Below are positions 1 through 11,812 of a stretch of DNA of 64,000 bases, piece by piece. The stretch is from Octopus sinensis (Eukaryota). The notes beneath the pieces were generated by a model. The model saw only the letters and a list, made by a program, of their open reading frames with translations, ran no database searches and had not been told where the DNA came from. Position 1 is the stretch's first letter; the number at the start of each line of letters is the position of its first letter. Position numbers and translations under genes: made by a program. Where the stretch lies: NCBI RefSeq assembly GCF_006345805.1, contig NC_043007.1:52328001-52392000 (forward strand), written 5' to 3'.

Positions 1-64
1 AGCAGGCAAAGGCCTGGCTGCGAGCGAACTACAGTTGGAAGAAATAGTTATCGAGAAGTAGAGT

Positions 65-916
65 TTGAGGAAGTACTACGACAGCTTCAAGAAGGAAGGT
101 GATTGTCTGAGGGACACACCGCCTGAAGACGAAGTGAAAGAAGCTGAGAAGAGAATTATAACGTACAGAACGTGGAGTGTGGTTTCGAAGAGAATAGAAA
201 TAGCAGAGGTGGAAGAAATCGAGAAGTGTCTACAGGAAATTAAAGGAAAAACTACCTTCTACAATAGAGGTAGAAAATACGCGACAGTAGACGCTCGTTT
301 TGAAAACGAAGACGAAGCGAAGAGAAACGCCACAACAATATTGAAATCCGAAAAATGGGTGTTACTACCTAGCCATTGTGGAAAAAGAGCAGTGAGAATA
401 CGGATTAGTAAAATTTCACCGGAACTAGACACGGAAAGAATTGTAGCGGCAATAATATTCAACTGCAAAGAGAGCGTCGACATACTGAAGGTAGAAAAGT
501 TGAAAGAAATAAAGTGGTGGGGTTATGCGGTGCAGGCTTTGCTTCACATAACCATGCCAGACCTGTATAACATCCCTGAGGAGTTGGTGTTCCCCGACGA
601 GACACGTCTCAGAGTCGTGGTGGAAGGGAGACCCCCAGTGTCTTACAAATGTAAAATTAGAGGCCACATGAAGGATATGTGTCCGCTAAGAGAAGTACAA
701 GAGAAGACGATAACACTGGAGGCTTTGACAGAGGAGTTACAAAAGGCGAATGTGGAATTGCAAGTGGAAGAGGAAATTGTAACTACAGATAATGTAGAAA
801 GTGGTGACGAGTTGGTGAAGGAGAAAGAAAAGGAAAAAACAGAAGTAAAAGAGGATAGAAAGAGAACGCAAGCACAAAAAAGAAAAAAGCTAAAAAGAAG
901 TCTACCGACGAGATAG
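65..916 (+). CDS. L1/Tx1-type ORF1 (gag-like) protein with degenerate CCHC zinc knuckle and K/E-rich tail
   Basis: VVVEGRPPVSYKCKIRGHMKDMC at 641-682 is CX2CX4HX4C with the first Cys changed to Ser (TCT). RGRKYATVDARFE aligns with RGKKYGTVEVRC in ORF 59362-59985. Confidence 0.7.
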   Translation: MRKYYDSFKKEGDCLRDTPPEDEVKEAEKRIITYRTWSVVSKRIEIAEVEEIEKCLQEIKGKTTFYNRGRKYATVDARFENEDEAKRNATTILKSEKWVLLPSHCGKRAVRIRISKISPELDTERIVAAIIFNCKESVDILKVEKLKEIKWWGYAVQALLHITMPDLYNIPEELVFPDETRLRVVVEGRPPVSYKCKIRGHMKDMCPLREVQEKTITLEALTEELQKANVELQVEEEIVTTDNVESGDELVKEKEKEKTEVKEDRKRTQAQKRKKLKRSLPTR

Positions 917-954
917 AGGATCAAACGCACGATGAGAGAGATACAGAAACGAAA

Positions 955-1326
955 GTGAGTGAAGTTTCAATGTGGGAGGAAGAGAAAGAATGGGAAAGAA
1001 AAATGGAAGAACAACTGAAAATATGTAAGGAAGGACGAAGGCCAAAAGGAAGAAATCTCAAAGCTATAATGTTGTACAAAAAGGACAAAGAAATTGAGAA
1101 GAAATTAGCGAATATGAAAAATCTAACTAGAGTAAAACTGAACCCGAAGAAATTCGATGACCAAATAAAGGCGGCAATTGTAGAAAGAGAGACAGTAATG
1201 AAATTAATAAATGTGTATTCAAATATAGCTGTAGGCGTAATGCAATACATTCGATATGACAGTTTGCCAGGTGTTATAGAACAGGAGGAGTTACTCGATT
1301 ATATTACGGATGAACGCCCCGGATAG
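955..1326 (+). CDS. C-terminal part of the same ORF1 (probably separated by a frameshift or stop)
   Basis: It directly follows the charged linker and shows weak pattern similarity to the C-terminus of ORF 60021-60599. Confidence 0.4.
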   Translation: MSEVSMWEEEKEWERKMEEQLKICKEGRRPKGRNLKAIMLYKKDKEIEKKLANMKNLTRVKLNPKKFDDQIKAAIVERETVMKLINVYSNIAVGVMQYIRYDSLPGVIEQEELLDYITDERPG

Positions 1327-1714
1327 CACAATTGTAATTGTAAATATTTCATTGTCATACCATCCTTTTTGTATTTTTGTTATATGTACCCCATGTCCTG
1401 TATTGTAATGTCCCCTCTCCATTCGGGCCATTGTGCCTATAATAAAGATTCATCTGCAGTTGGCGGGCTTCTGCTACTCTAGACCAATGATGGACAAAGA
1501 TCCTGAAACATGCGTGTCTCCTCTTCATAAATATATAAGGACACAGGAAAACAAAATGTGTCGAAGCCATCAGGAGGCGTCGATGCTTCCTAGGGCTAAA
1601 CAGCGGCGGTATAATCCCCTACTGTCACATTAAATTGATAGTATACAACCATTCTATCGCCCCACCACCGTACATATCTCTATGAGATATTTAGAAATTT
1701 AATATTTCTAATAT

Positions 1715-2447
1715 ATGTAGTAAGTAATAATTAAAATCAAACTAAAGTAATATAATCGTAACATAACAAAAGTAAAAATAGCAATTGGTATAAAATCGCA
1801 TCAATGACTTGAACTTGAATAAGTGGTTTCACATGAATGGGAATAAATTAAAAATAAAATTAGCGTGCAGAAATGGAATAGTCCAGATGGATAATAAAAA
1901 ATTAAATTAAAGAAAAGACTATTGTCTATAAAGTATACAATGTAGAGAAAAAACAAGATTTGAACACATTGAGGAAAACACCTTCGAAAAGAGTCTTGGT
2001 GCCAGTATGAAAGATATCTAATCAGAGGCGGTAAATTCGCCACAATAGAAGCAAGGTTCGAGTCAATGGAGCGTGCAAGGGAGTACTCGACTCGAACTTG
2101 CAAAGTGGAAATATTTTATTTTTATCTTTATATCTGGGACGTAGGACGTTCCGGAAAAATATTTTAAATGCCCCTTCCCCCCAGAAGTAGAGGTAGGCTG
2201 GATTGTAGCCACACTTCTATACAAGAGGGAGGACAAGATACAATTGATCGAAATTACAAGAGACGGGCTAACAATTCCAGTCTGTTATATATTTTGAGTA
2301 TTGTTATCACTAGCGATATCAAGATATAACTTTGTATTTTGTATTCTATGTGTAGATGTATATATATATATAGATGTACATGTAATATGTACACATATAT
2401 ACATGCACTAGCACTATGACCCGGCAACGACGGGTTTTTAATGCTAG
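1715..2447 (+). mobile_element. Non-autonomous Helitron, family H1, 5'-truncated copy carrying a captured ORF1 fragment
   Basis: 3' hairpin ACCCG-gcaacga-CGGGT at 2419-2435, then CTAG (2444-2447) followed by T. The body is near-identical to the copies at 3271-4817 and 58115-61378. Confidence 0.75.
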
Positions 2448-2519
2448 TATGTATATATATATACATATATAAATACATATATAATTTTTCTTTTCCTTAA
2501 ATTTCACATATATATATAT

Positions 2520-2560
<41 letters not shown>

Positions 2561-2568
<8 letters not shown>

Positions 2569-3095
2569 AAATCTGTTCTGTCTGTCTGTGTGTCTTCTAG
2601 GATCTCGGGCATCCTCCGTCCGATTGCACTCAAATTTGATATGTAGATACCAACGGTATCAGGGCGTGTATAAGTCTTGAAAAAATTACAAAAATTGATT
2701 CCAGATGAGAATGCAATCGATAAAGCCATGGGAACGTGCATTTGTACGTGCAAGTACATCAGCTGTTGCGATCGATACTATGCATATGCAAGAAAAATGC
2801 ACGTGCAGTTTGCGCAAAAAAAGCCGGCTGGCTCGAAATAATGCTACAAAATGCAGTATATTTAAGAGACCAAAAAAGTAAGATGCAAAAGATATATTTT
2901 CTTCAAACTTGGCATGAAGGAAGGAAAGACTATTTGGTTTCTCAAGAAGATTTTTTTGCCTTCATTTATCAAAACCAAAAATTTTATTGAAATAAAAGCA
3001 TGATTAATTATTTTTTAATGAAAAGAAAATACTGATTGCTTTTTATTCAGCAGATATGATTCAGCACTGTCCATTGAATGGGGCGCATTTTGCTC
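2561..3095 (+). mobile_element. Possible Helitron-like fragment of another family
   Basis: It begins TATATAAAATCTGTTCTGTCTGTCTG in a (TA)n tract and contains a ccgattgcactcaaattt motif like other Helitron 5' ends. There is no clear 3' CTAG. Confidence 0.3.
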
Positions 3096-3137
3096 ATATA
3101 TATATATCAAAATAAGCAACAAGGATATCCAGAGGTA

Positions 3138-3226
3138 ATGCAGTATGATCGTTTCATGCAACTCCATTTAATTGAACAATGCAATCATTACATCAATTTA
3201 AAATGTAGAACAATCTTCAGCTGCAC
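3138..3226 (-). ncRNA. Degenerate type I hammerhead motif
   Basis: Minus strand reads TGCAG-CTGAAGA...GAAAC-GATC-ATA-CTGCA. The cleavage triplet GTA is mutated to ATA and stem II is weak. Confidence 0.4.
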
Positions 3227-3270
3227 AAAGACATAGAATTTAATTAAATTAGAATAGATGGACACATTAA

Positions 3271-4817
3271 TCTCTCTATATATAAAACTGAGAATGTGTG
3301 TCTGTCTGTCTGTGTGTTTCCCTAAAACTTGAGAACTACTCAACCAATTTCATTCAAATTTTACACATGCTTTACTTAGGGTCTGGGGAGTGTCATCGGC
3401 ATAAAAATGTTTTAACTTTTTGCCTCGGGCGAGCCCACAGCAATATCATATCTTCTCCACTACGATTCCCTAAAACTTGAGAACTACACACCCAATTTCA
3501 TTCAAATTTTACACATGTCTTACTTAGGGTCCATGTAGTTTCATGGGCAAAAAAAATGTTCAACTTCCCTCCTAGGGCGAGCCCATAGCAATATCATATC
3601 TTCTCCACTATTTCAGTATTACGTGTTAAAAGTGAAACAAAAACATTTCTCTATTTTATGTCAAATACTTTCACTGTAACAATAAAAATTAGAGATAATA
3701 ATAATTGAATTATTGTAGTAAGTAATAATTAAAATCAAACTAAAGTATAATATAATCGTAACATAACAAAAGTAAAAATAGTAATAGGTATAAAATTACA
3801 TTAATGACTAGAAAATGAATAAGTGGTTTCACATGAATGGGAATAAATTAAATTAAATCAACTGCGTACTGCTTTTTAATTCACCGTAAGGTTTGTTGTT
3901 ATTATTATTACTGTTTAACTATTGTTATCACGTGCTTTGTTTCCCCGTAAGGGAAACGTTGTTGCGTTGCATTTGTTAAATAATTGTACACTGTAACCCT
4001 CCCCCTTTGGGAGAAGGAGCTTTGGTTATTGTTTAAAAATTGAATTGTGTCCCTGTTTGGGGAAATTGACAATATTTTCACCGTTTATATGGAAGCATTT
4101 TTGTTAGAATCCCTTCGATAGAAGAAAGTCTAAAAATGAATTTCACTGCAGCCATTGGCGGGTGTGAACTCATTAAACTTAAAATGGAAGAAATACAAAC
4201 CTATTTCGGATTGATCACCGACAAAGACGGTGAATCTAGGATAACACCACCAAACGAAATAAAAAATTAAATTAAAGTAAACACTATTGTCTATAAAGTA
4301 TACAATGTAGAGAAAAAACAAGATTTGAACACCTGGAGGAAAGCACCATCGAAAAGTATCTTGGTGCCACTATGAAAGATATCTAACCAGAGGCGGTAAA
4401 TTCGCCACAATAGAAGCAAGGTTCGAGTCAACGGAGCATGCAAGGGAGTACTCGACTCGAAACTTGCAAAGTGGAAATATTTTACTTTTACCTTTATATC
4501 TGGGACGTAGGACGTCCTGGATAAAAATTAAAAATGTCCCCCCAGAAGTAGAGGTAGGCTGGATTGTAGCCACACTTCTATACAAGAGGGAGGACAAGAT
4601 ACAATTGATTGAAATTGCAAGAGATGGGCTAACAATTCCAGTCTGTTATATATTTTGAGTATTGTTATCACTAGCGATATCAAGATATAACTTTGTATTT
4701 TGTATTTTATGTGTAGATGTATATATATATAGATGTACATGTAATATGTACACCTATATATACACATATATACATGCACTAGCACTAAGACCCGGCAACG
4801 ACGGGTCATAATGCTAG
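3271..4817 (+). mobile_element. Non-autonomous Helitron, family H1, full-length copy
   Basis: A|TC 5' end (TCTCTCTATATATAAAACTGAG), an internal tandem unit (ccctaaaacttgagaactac at about 3320 and 3468), hairpin GACCCG-gcaacga-CGGGTC at 4789-4807, and CTAG|T at 4814-4818. Confidence 0.8.
4180..4658 (+). pseudogene. Captured, disrupted N-terminal fragment of an ORF1 (gag-like) gene inside the Helitron
   Basis: Translation TPPNE..TIVYKVYNV..ESTIEKYL..RGGKFATIEARFE..LLPLYLGRR..IKIKNVPPE..WIVATLL aligns collinearly with ORF 65-916. It contains stops and frameshifts. Confidence 0.7.
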
Positions 4818-5405
4818 TATAATTATACCTGAAATCTCCAAGAAGTTAATGAGATAGACAAAGAACATGTCTCTACTTCAGCATAGAAGTTACTAAAATT
4901 ATCAAGAAGACTCTGCCTGGCACTGATTTTTTGTCTTTATGGGGTCAGTTTTAATTTATAGACTAGTTTATCAAATCCCTTGTATATCTAAGGCTGAGAG
5001 AACAGAGGGCAGTGTCTGTTAGGGGTAGGGGTGAGGGAGTTGACAGACATTCTAGTTGGTATAGTCATAAAAAGTCAAGATTTATTATAAGCAATATCAT
5101 GAGGTTTAGTAAGGGAAAATTTAAAACAAGATGTTAGCTGATAATTACGGGTGGGGGGGGTCGCTCACTAGTAGACTATTGATAATGAAACAGGGGAAGT
5201 CTTATCACGTGGTACTGTGGTTAAATTGTTGCTATGTATACAGTTTAAGTTTAGGGTTATTCAAAGGATTATTAAGAAGAATATTATAACAAAAGGATAG
5301 AAATTTATGAATACTTTGGAGCATATACCACAATAGAGAGAGGAAAAGAAATTATCCAGAAATAGTTTAATATTTATACATATTGTATACTTAAATACTA
5401 ACTCA

Positions 5406-5530
5406 GGATCTTTTCTAAAAGATGGACAGAATTTTCTACTTAACTAAATAATTTGAAACTTCGTATACTGGTAGAATGTGTCAAAAGAAAACATTAATTT
5501 CAATTAGTTTTTTTGAGAAAAATGTATTTT
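5406..5530 (+). mobile_element. Solo terminal fragment related to the 18774-19534 palindromic element
   Basis: It starts GGATCTTTTC and shares ttcgtatactggtagaatgtgt with that element. Confidence 0.45.
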
Positions 5531-5929
5531 GTAACTTTTACGTAGTTTAACTCTTTGAATTTTAACCAATCGTATTCTCTGTTTTGACCTCAATTCAATC
5601 CTGCCGTGTTATTCGTCCTTATCCATATCTTCTGTCTTCAAAGGCTTCTCGCATGTTTATTTCAATGTCATCCCTGACTTACGGAACGATTACCTGTGTG
5701 TGTGTTTTTGTTGTGTATGTTTTTGTTGTGTATATATACCATATACGAAACCAGTGAATTGTGTATATCTTCAGGCAGAATTTCTAAAGGAAATTTAACA
5801 ACATGTATGCTGACCTACAACAAACTTAGAAGTGTTTTTGTTTTTTCTTAATGCAAGCATTCCATAGAAACTATCATTGCCATGTATATACAAAAACAAA
5901 CACATTCTACACATCCTTACACATGCCAA

Positions 5930-6140
5930 TATGATACACAATATTATTAAATTGGTGCAGCCTTCTGGCTTCCCAGATCCCCGGTCGAACCGTCTAACCC
6001 ATGCTAGCATGGAGAACGGACGTTAAATGATGATGATGATTATTGGTCGGCCCAAGGCTATAGTAGAAGACACTTGCCCAAAGTGCCATGCAACAGAACT
6101 GAACCTGAAACCATGTAGTTGGGAAGCAAGCTTCTTACCA
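5930..6140 (+). mobile_element. SINE fragments (RTE-like 3' tail with (GAT)n, plus the cggcccaaggctatagtagaagac SINE body)
   Basis: The same motifs recur at 9355-9510, 34080-34110, 40365-40620 and 54760-54800. Confidence 0.6.
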
Positions 6141-9100
6141 CACAGCTATGCCTGTACAGATATTTTTTCTTCATTAGCTTCATCTCAAGAGCTGTGGCTA
6201 TGCTGGGGTACTACCATTAGCTTTGCTACACTTTCACTCTTTGAAACCTCCTCTGATATGCCATTGCTGTATATACTTGCGAAGTAAACACAGCAATGAC
6301 ACTTGGCACACTGCCTCATGAAGGTCACTGTGCTGCCATCTATTGGCACACTAGAGAACTAGTCTGAGAACTTTGTGATGCACCTCATATATTCAAAACT
6401 AGCCTTGGTTGAAGTACCAGTAAAATGTGGAGCGTGATTTTTATTGGTTATAACTTCTCTTCCTCCCTCAAAATTTTCAGCCAATTTTGTTTCTATCATT
6501 GAAACCAAAAATGAGCAAAAGAAATGGCTCAAATTAATCCATAGCATTAATCTGGATAATGGGCAATGTTTATTGAATTAAGTTTGAGAAATTAATTCTT
6601 AATTGTTAGAAATTGTTTCCATAATGATTGTTACTAGGGATTTTCTTTCTCCAACTAAGAGGCAAATTTTGATTAATTAAACAATTGTTTTTGTACAGTA
6701 TTCTGTACATCAATCCTTAACTTAATTATCCATTTTTACTTATTACACCTCACGTCAATACCAACACTATCACTGGCACCAGCACCAGCATCAGTAGATT
6801 CAGCAACAAGACAGAAATATATAGTCATCTAGGAATCTGTAAGCCACACACACACACAAAAAAAAGCACTCATATAGTTATCAATATAGTAATCAAAAAG
6901 TATACAGCATTATAGATCCATTTTGGATGATCTTACCAATTAGTTTTGCATCATATATTATATAACTGGATGGTTAGCTAATGCTTGTACTCCTCAGAGA
7001 TGGCAGGTATGAAAAAGAAATATGATGACTGCTTTCAGTCATTGGTTACTGAAGGTGAGGAAGTGTTACTTCTGGTTTGTGGGTGCTGTGAAAAATACAA
7101 AATGAAGTTGTGAGAAGCAATTAAGTGGGAGATTAATCAAGAATTATGTCCCTTGGCCAGTAGAAAAGGCCTGAGTGGGTTGTGTATCTATGGTAGATAT
7201 GTGTGCATGTGTGCGCATGCATGCATGCATGTGTATGTGTTTATGTATGTGTGTGTATTATCAACCATGTATACTAATGCCTAAGCTTTGGGCATTTGCT
7301 AGTAGGCTGCTATTGGAATGGTGTAAAAGCCTCAAATCACCAGGTGTTAAAACACCTTCGAGTTGTGGATAGGGGAGATAACACACCGTCAATCCAATCT
7401 AGGAGTGGTGGACATCAATGTTTCACATTTGTGTGACTTGTGAACATCACATAACCAAACAGGATTGGAGATGGAGGATTGTTTTGCCAGTCCACGGCTT
7501 ATATGCTCAAGGCATGCAAACCATGTGTGGGACAATGTGTATGTAAGAATGCACACATAGCCAAGGTGTGGTATTGATGTAGTTAAGCTTCTTTCGAGGC
7601 GCTTCCTTGACTGACACAGAATCTGATTCATATTCAGCTTGAAAATCTATCTGCAGAGAAAAAAGCAAGTGATAATGGAATTCCAGAGAATTACAATTCT
7701 TGTAAGGAAAGACTGGCTGAAAAGTTGAGTGTGTGATAGCTGGGAGGTATGACTCACTGCAGGTGATGAAGCAGGTGTGTCAAGTGTGACTGAGTGAGAT
7801 TTTAACAATTAGTTCAAATCACTTTGTTTTCGATGTAGTTTTGTGGGTGTAGTAGCAGAAACAGCAGCACCACCTTCACATCTGAGTGTTACGTCCATAT
7901 GATTTTTTTTTTGGTCTTTGAAGAAAACAAGCAAGGCTTCTTAACAGGAATCCTAATATGTATGGTGTAATTTTGGTCAGCAATTTTTCTGTGATGCTGG
8001 TATTTATAATTGTAATCTGGTGCCTACAAACAGTTGAATGGACTAGACTGTTTCAAAATGAATTAGTTTGGCTATACATATAATGCAATGCCAAAGACAA
8101 GATATGAAGCACCAAACCTTTGGCGGATATCCCAGTTCTATTAAATTAACCATCTGTAGCTCACCATTCTAAGAACACAGATTTATAAACAAATTTGTAT
8201 AAAATTTCTACATCTTTCCAGAGATAAAGAAAGAGATAAAACATACATAAACAAACAGACACTAGCATTAACACAAACATATAAATAGAATCCTATTGCC
8301 AATGTGTGTGTGTGTGTGTGTGTGTGTGCGCGTGCATGTGTGTGTGCGTGCATGCACATACCACCACACATGCATGCACATGCATACATGCAAACATTCT
8401 TAAATATGTATACATACAGAACTGTGTACATACTCTCTTATACACATATAAACATAAAATTACTCAAAAGTCCAAATGCACAAAATGTTACATACATAGA
8501 CATTAAACTATATGTATATACTATATGTATATACACGTAAACATTAAGCTACACATATAAACACATATCTCAAACAACATTACTCTCTCTCCAAATATTT
8601 TGAGCATTCAGTGAAAATGAATTTTGTGCCAATAAATGTCTAAATGCAATATTCTTGTGATGATAGGTTGTGATTATAGAAAATTTGAATGAAAGTTTTA
8701 GGATGTTATTGAAACTTTATTACAATTTAAACTAATCAAATCCATGTTTTCGTCTCAATGATATCCTGTTTTTGAAAATTCAGCTATAGATTTTTAATAT
8801 TCATTGAAACTTTCAAATAAAAATTGCTTCAGTCTGCAAGGAAATTCTGTATTTTAAATTTCAAGCTATTTTTCAGCTTGTTATACATGCAACAGAGTGA
8901 GATTTGGTTTAGAAAGTGAAGTAAACTGTTCAAATGATGAGTCTCTGCTTTTCACATTTTATTGAAGTATTTGGAATTTTACCTAAAATTACATTCCAAA
9001 ATTCTCAGAAATTTTAATGAATTTTCAGGATTTTAAGAAACCTAAATAAAAACTAAGTTGTTATTTAGATATTTTGATTTCTTTTCTAATTTATGAGAAA

Positions 9101-9354
9101 TCTTCAGAAGATTCCTTGTAACTCTTTTACTCTTTTTTCTTGTTTCTGCGGCCATGCGGGAGCACCACCTTTTAGTCGAGCACATCAGCCCCATGACTTA
9201 TTCTTTTGTAAGCCTAGTACTTATTCTATCAGTCACTTTTGCCGAACCACTAAGTTGTGGGGATGTAAATACATCAGCATCGGTTGTCAAGCAATGTTGG
9301 GGGGGGGGGACAAACACAGACACATAAACATATACACACACATACATATACATA

Positions 9355-9510
9355 TATACGATGGGCTTCTTTCAGTTTCTGTCTACCAAATCCACTCACA
9401 AGGCTTTGGTCGGCCCAAGGCTATAGTAGAAGACGTTTGCCCAAGGTGCCTTACAGTGGGACTGAACCCAGAACCATGTGGTTCATAAGCAAGCTACTTA
9501 CCACACAGCC
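9355..9510 (+). mobile_element. SINE fragment
   Basis: gatgggcttctttcagtttc...cggcccaaggctatagtagaagac...ttaccacacagccac, same family as 6040-6140. Confidence 0.65.
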
Positions 9511-9544
9511 ACTCCTAAACATTATTTTAAAATTTCATATGAAT

Positions 9545-10700
9545 TGTATCTAAAGCATCACCTTTACCTTTGTAGCAGTTGACTATGGTGCTGCTACACC
9601 AGTAATTGGGTATGACTCCTTCATGTATCACCTGGTTAACTATATGGGTGACTAGACTATAGCCGACACTGCTAGATATTTTGAGCATCTCTGCAGTGCT
9701 TCCTGATGGGCCGGGGACTTTCCATGTCTTCATACTCTTAATTGCTTTATCTACCAAGGTACTGTCAACTTGGATAGCTGGTCCCCCTGTTAGGACTCTT
9801 TCTCCCATTCATTTTCTTTATTGAGCAACCTTTCATAGTGGCGTCTCCAAACCTCTCGCTTTGCAACCTTGTTTAATGCAAGTGAACCTTCTCCATGCGG
9901 ACACATTTCTCTCCTACGAAATCACGATTCTCTCTCACACACTGTCTTACAACACAAAATACCTCAAGTCTTTGGTCCTCATGGTGCAGAACATTGGCAA
10001 ATTTTTTCTTATCTGCTTCCCCTCTGGCTAAATAAACCTATCTCATAACTTCCCTTCTGGCAGTCTGATACAATTCCCTGCTACCACCATTCTTCCAGTC
10101 CTTCCAAGCCTGTTTCTTTTCTCTAATAGCCCTGTAATAAACATTGTTCCACCATCACGTTACCTTGGGTCGAGAGGGGACTTTGCACCATCCACAGATC
10201 TGGTTAATGGCCCTCAGCAGGTTGTCCCGTAGAAACCTCCACTTGTCTACCACATCATGTGATGTTATAGCTTTAAATCTCCGTCCATTTGCAGGATCTT
10301 TAAGCGTCCAGACTATTTTCCTCCATGCTGGTCATCTTCTGGGCATCCATTTAGCCCTGATTCTAAAGTTGCTAACTACTAGTCTATGTTGTGCAGTAAT
10401 TCTTCACCTGGAAAAGTTTTGGCATTTATTTCCCTTTTTCTGGCGAGGATGTAGTCAATTTGGTTAGCGTGTCTGCCAGAACGGTAGGTAACTAGGTGAC
10501 TGGCAGGTTTCCTGAAGTTAGTATTACAAACCATAAGATCATTTGCATCACAGAACTCCAGCAGCCTGGTCCCCTCCTCATTGCAGGAACCAAAACCATA
10601 GCCTTCATGTACGCCATGGAAGGCCCCTGCATGTTGTCCAACATGTTCATTGAAGTCACCAACCACAAAGAGAAGGTCCCTGTCATTCGTCAACGAGGTA
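9545..10700 (-). mobile_element. RTE-clade LINE remnant (AP endonuclease and start of RT)
   Basis: VVGDFNEHVG, GYGFGSCNEEGTRLLEFC, CNTNFRK and QIDYIL (endonuclease), then AIKSMKTWKVPGPSG and IPNYWCSSTIVNCYKGKGDA (RT N-terminus). It is multiply frameshifted. Confidence 0.85.
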
Positions 10701-11020
10701 GTAGCCCATGCTCTTAACCACTACACCACATGCCCGTGGGTATATGGCAATGGTTAAGAGCATGGGCTACTAACACCAAGATTCCAAGTTTGATTGCAGA
10801 CAGTGACCTTAATAATTATAACAACATCAAAAAAATACCTTAGGAATGAGAACCCAGGTTCAAAATTTCCCCAAGACACCTGATGAAGGCTGGAGGGTAT
10901 ATCAGCCAAAATTTTCTGTTAACAACAAACAAGATGAGGACAAATACCCATCAAATATAAATAATGTAAATAATGTACATACTTCCTCATCTCTTAAATA
11001 TAGAACTTTAAGGAAAAAAA
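10697..11020 (+). mobile_element. tRNA-headed SINE-like element containing a decayed hammerhead motif, with an inverted second head in front
   Basis: The tRNA-like head (A-box-like TGGTGTAGTGG in the inverted twin) is followed by CTGATGA-A-GGCTG...CAGCC at 10880-10907. The body and tail are shared with 46790-47020. Confidence 0.55.
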
Positions 11021-11111
11021 TCATTATAAAAATAACAGTCTTGTCGTTGGCCAGCATGTACTGGAAACCATATAGGTAAGAATCAATATAGATATATAAT
11101 TGTATAGATAT

Positions 11112-11557
11112 AATTATAATTAAGTGTACTCAGAAACTGTATGAACATACTAGATATAGACATTAAATGACTCCAAAACCACATTAGCACTCCATTTAGC
11201 ACTTGGTAGAAAGTGAGAGAATGAATAAAAGAGATTTAGCAAAAAATTTTGTAGAGGCTAATCATAGATTGAATGATTTCTGGCTTAGCAATTATAAATT
11301 ACTCTGCCTTCATGTATACATACTTACATTTATGTACTATTTTGGTTAATTCTACTGATAAAGGAAGAGTTATTTTTATTGCTAAGCCAGAAATTGTTTA
11401 ATCTAGGATTAACCTCTAAAAAAATTTTGCTAAATCTCTTTCATTCATTCCCTCACTTTCTACCAAGTGCTAAATGGAGTACTGATGTGGTTTTAGAGTC
11501 ATTTGACGTTTATTTCCAGCATGTTGGTATTGTTTCTCAGTACCCTTAATTATAATT
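11112..11557. repeat. Foldback element with about 180-bp imperfect inverted arms
   Basis: Arms are about 11112-11295 and 11375-11557 (e.g. tccatttagcacttggtagaaagt / actttctaccaagtgctaaatgga). It shares gatttctggctta with 43338-43736. Confidence 0.75.
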
Positions 11558-11569
11558 GTATCTATATAA

Positions 11570-11648
11570 TTATCTATCTATCTATCTGTCTGTCTGTCTG
11601 TCTGTCTGTCAGTCAGTCAGTCAGTCAGTCAGTCAGTCAGTCAGTCTG

Positions 11649-11714
<66 letters not shown>

Positions 11715-11810
11715 AATCAGTCTATCTATCTATCAATCAGTCTATCTATGTCTCTATCAATCAGTCTATCTATTTATCTATCTATCTATCTATCTATTTA
11801 TCTATCTATA
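11570..11810. repeat. Compound microsatellite (TCTG/TCAG/TCTA)n
   Basis: Directly visible. Confidence 0.95.
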
Positions 11811-11812
11811 TA

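Larger units (their letters stand above)
1..1450 (+). mobile_element. ORF1-only (HAL1-like) non-LTR retroelement, copy 1 (5' end probably outside the window)
   Basis: A gag-like ORF is followed by a charged linker and a C-terminal ORF (955-1326), then about 120 nt of UTR and AATAAA near 1441. No endonuclease or RT follows. It is homologous to the element at 58977-60896. Confidence 0.55.
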
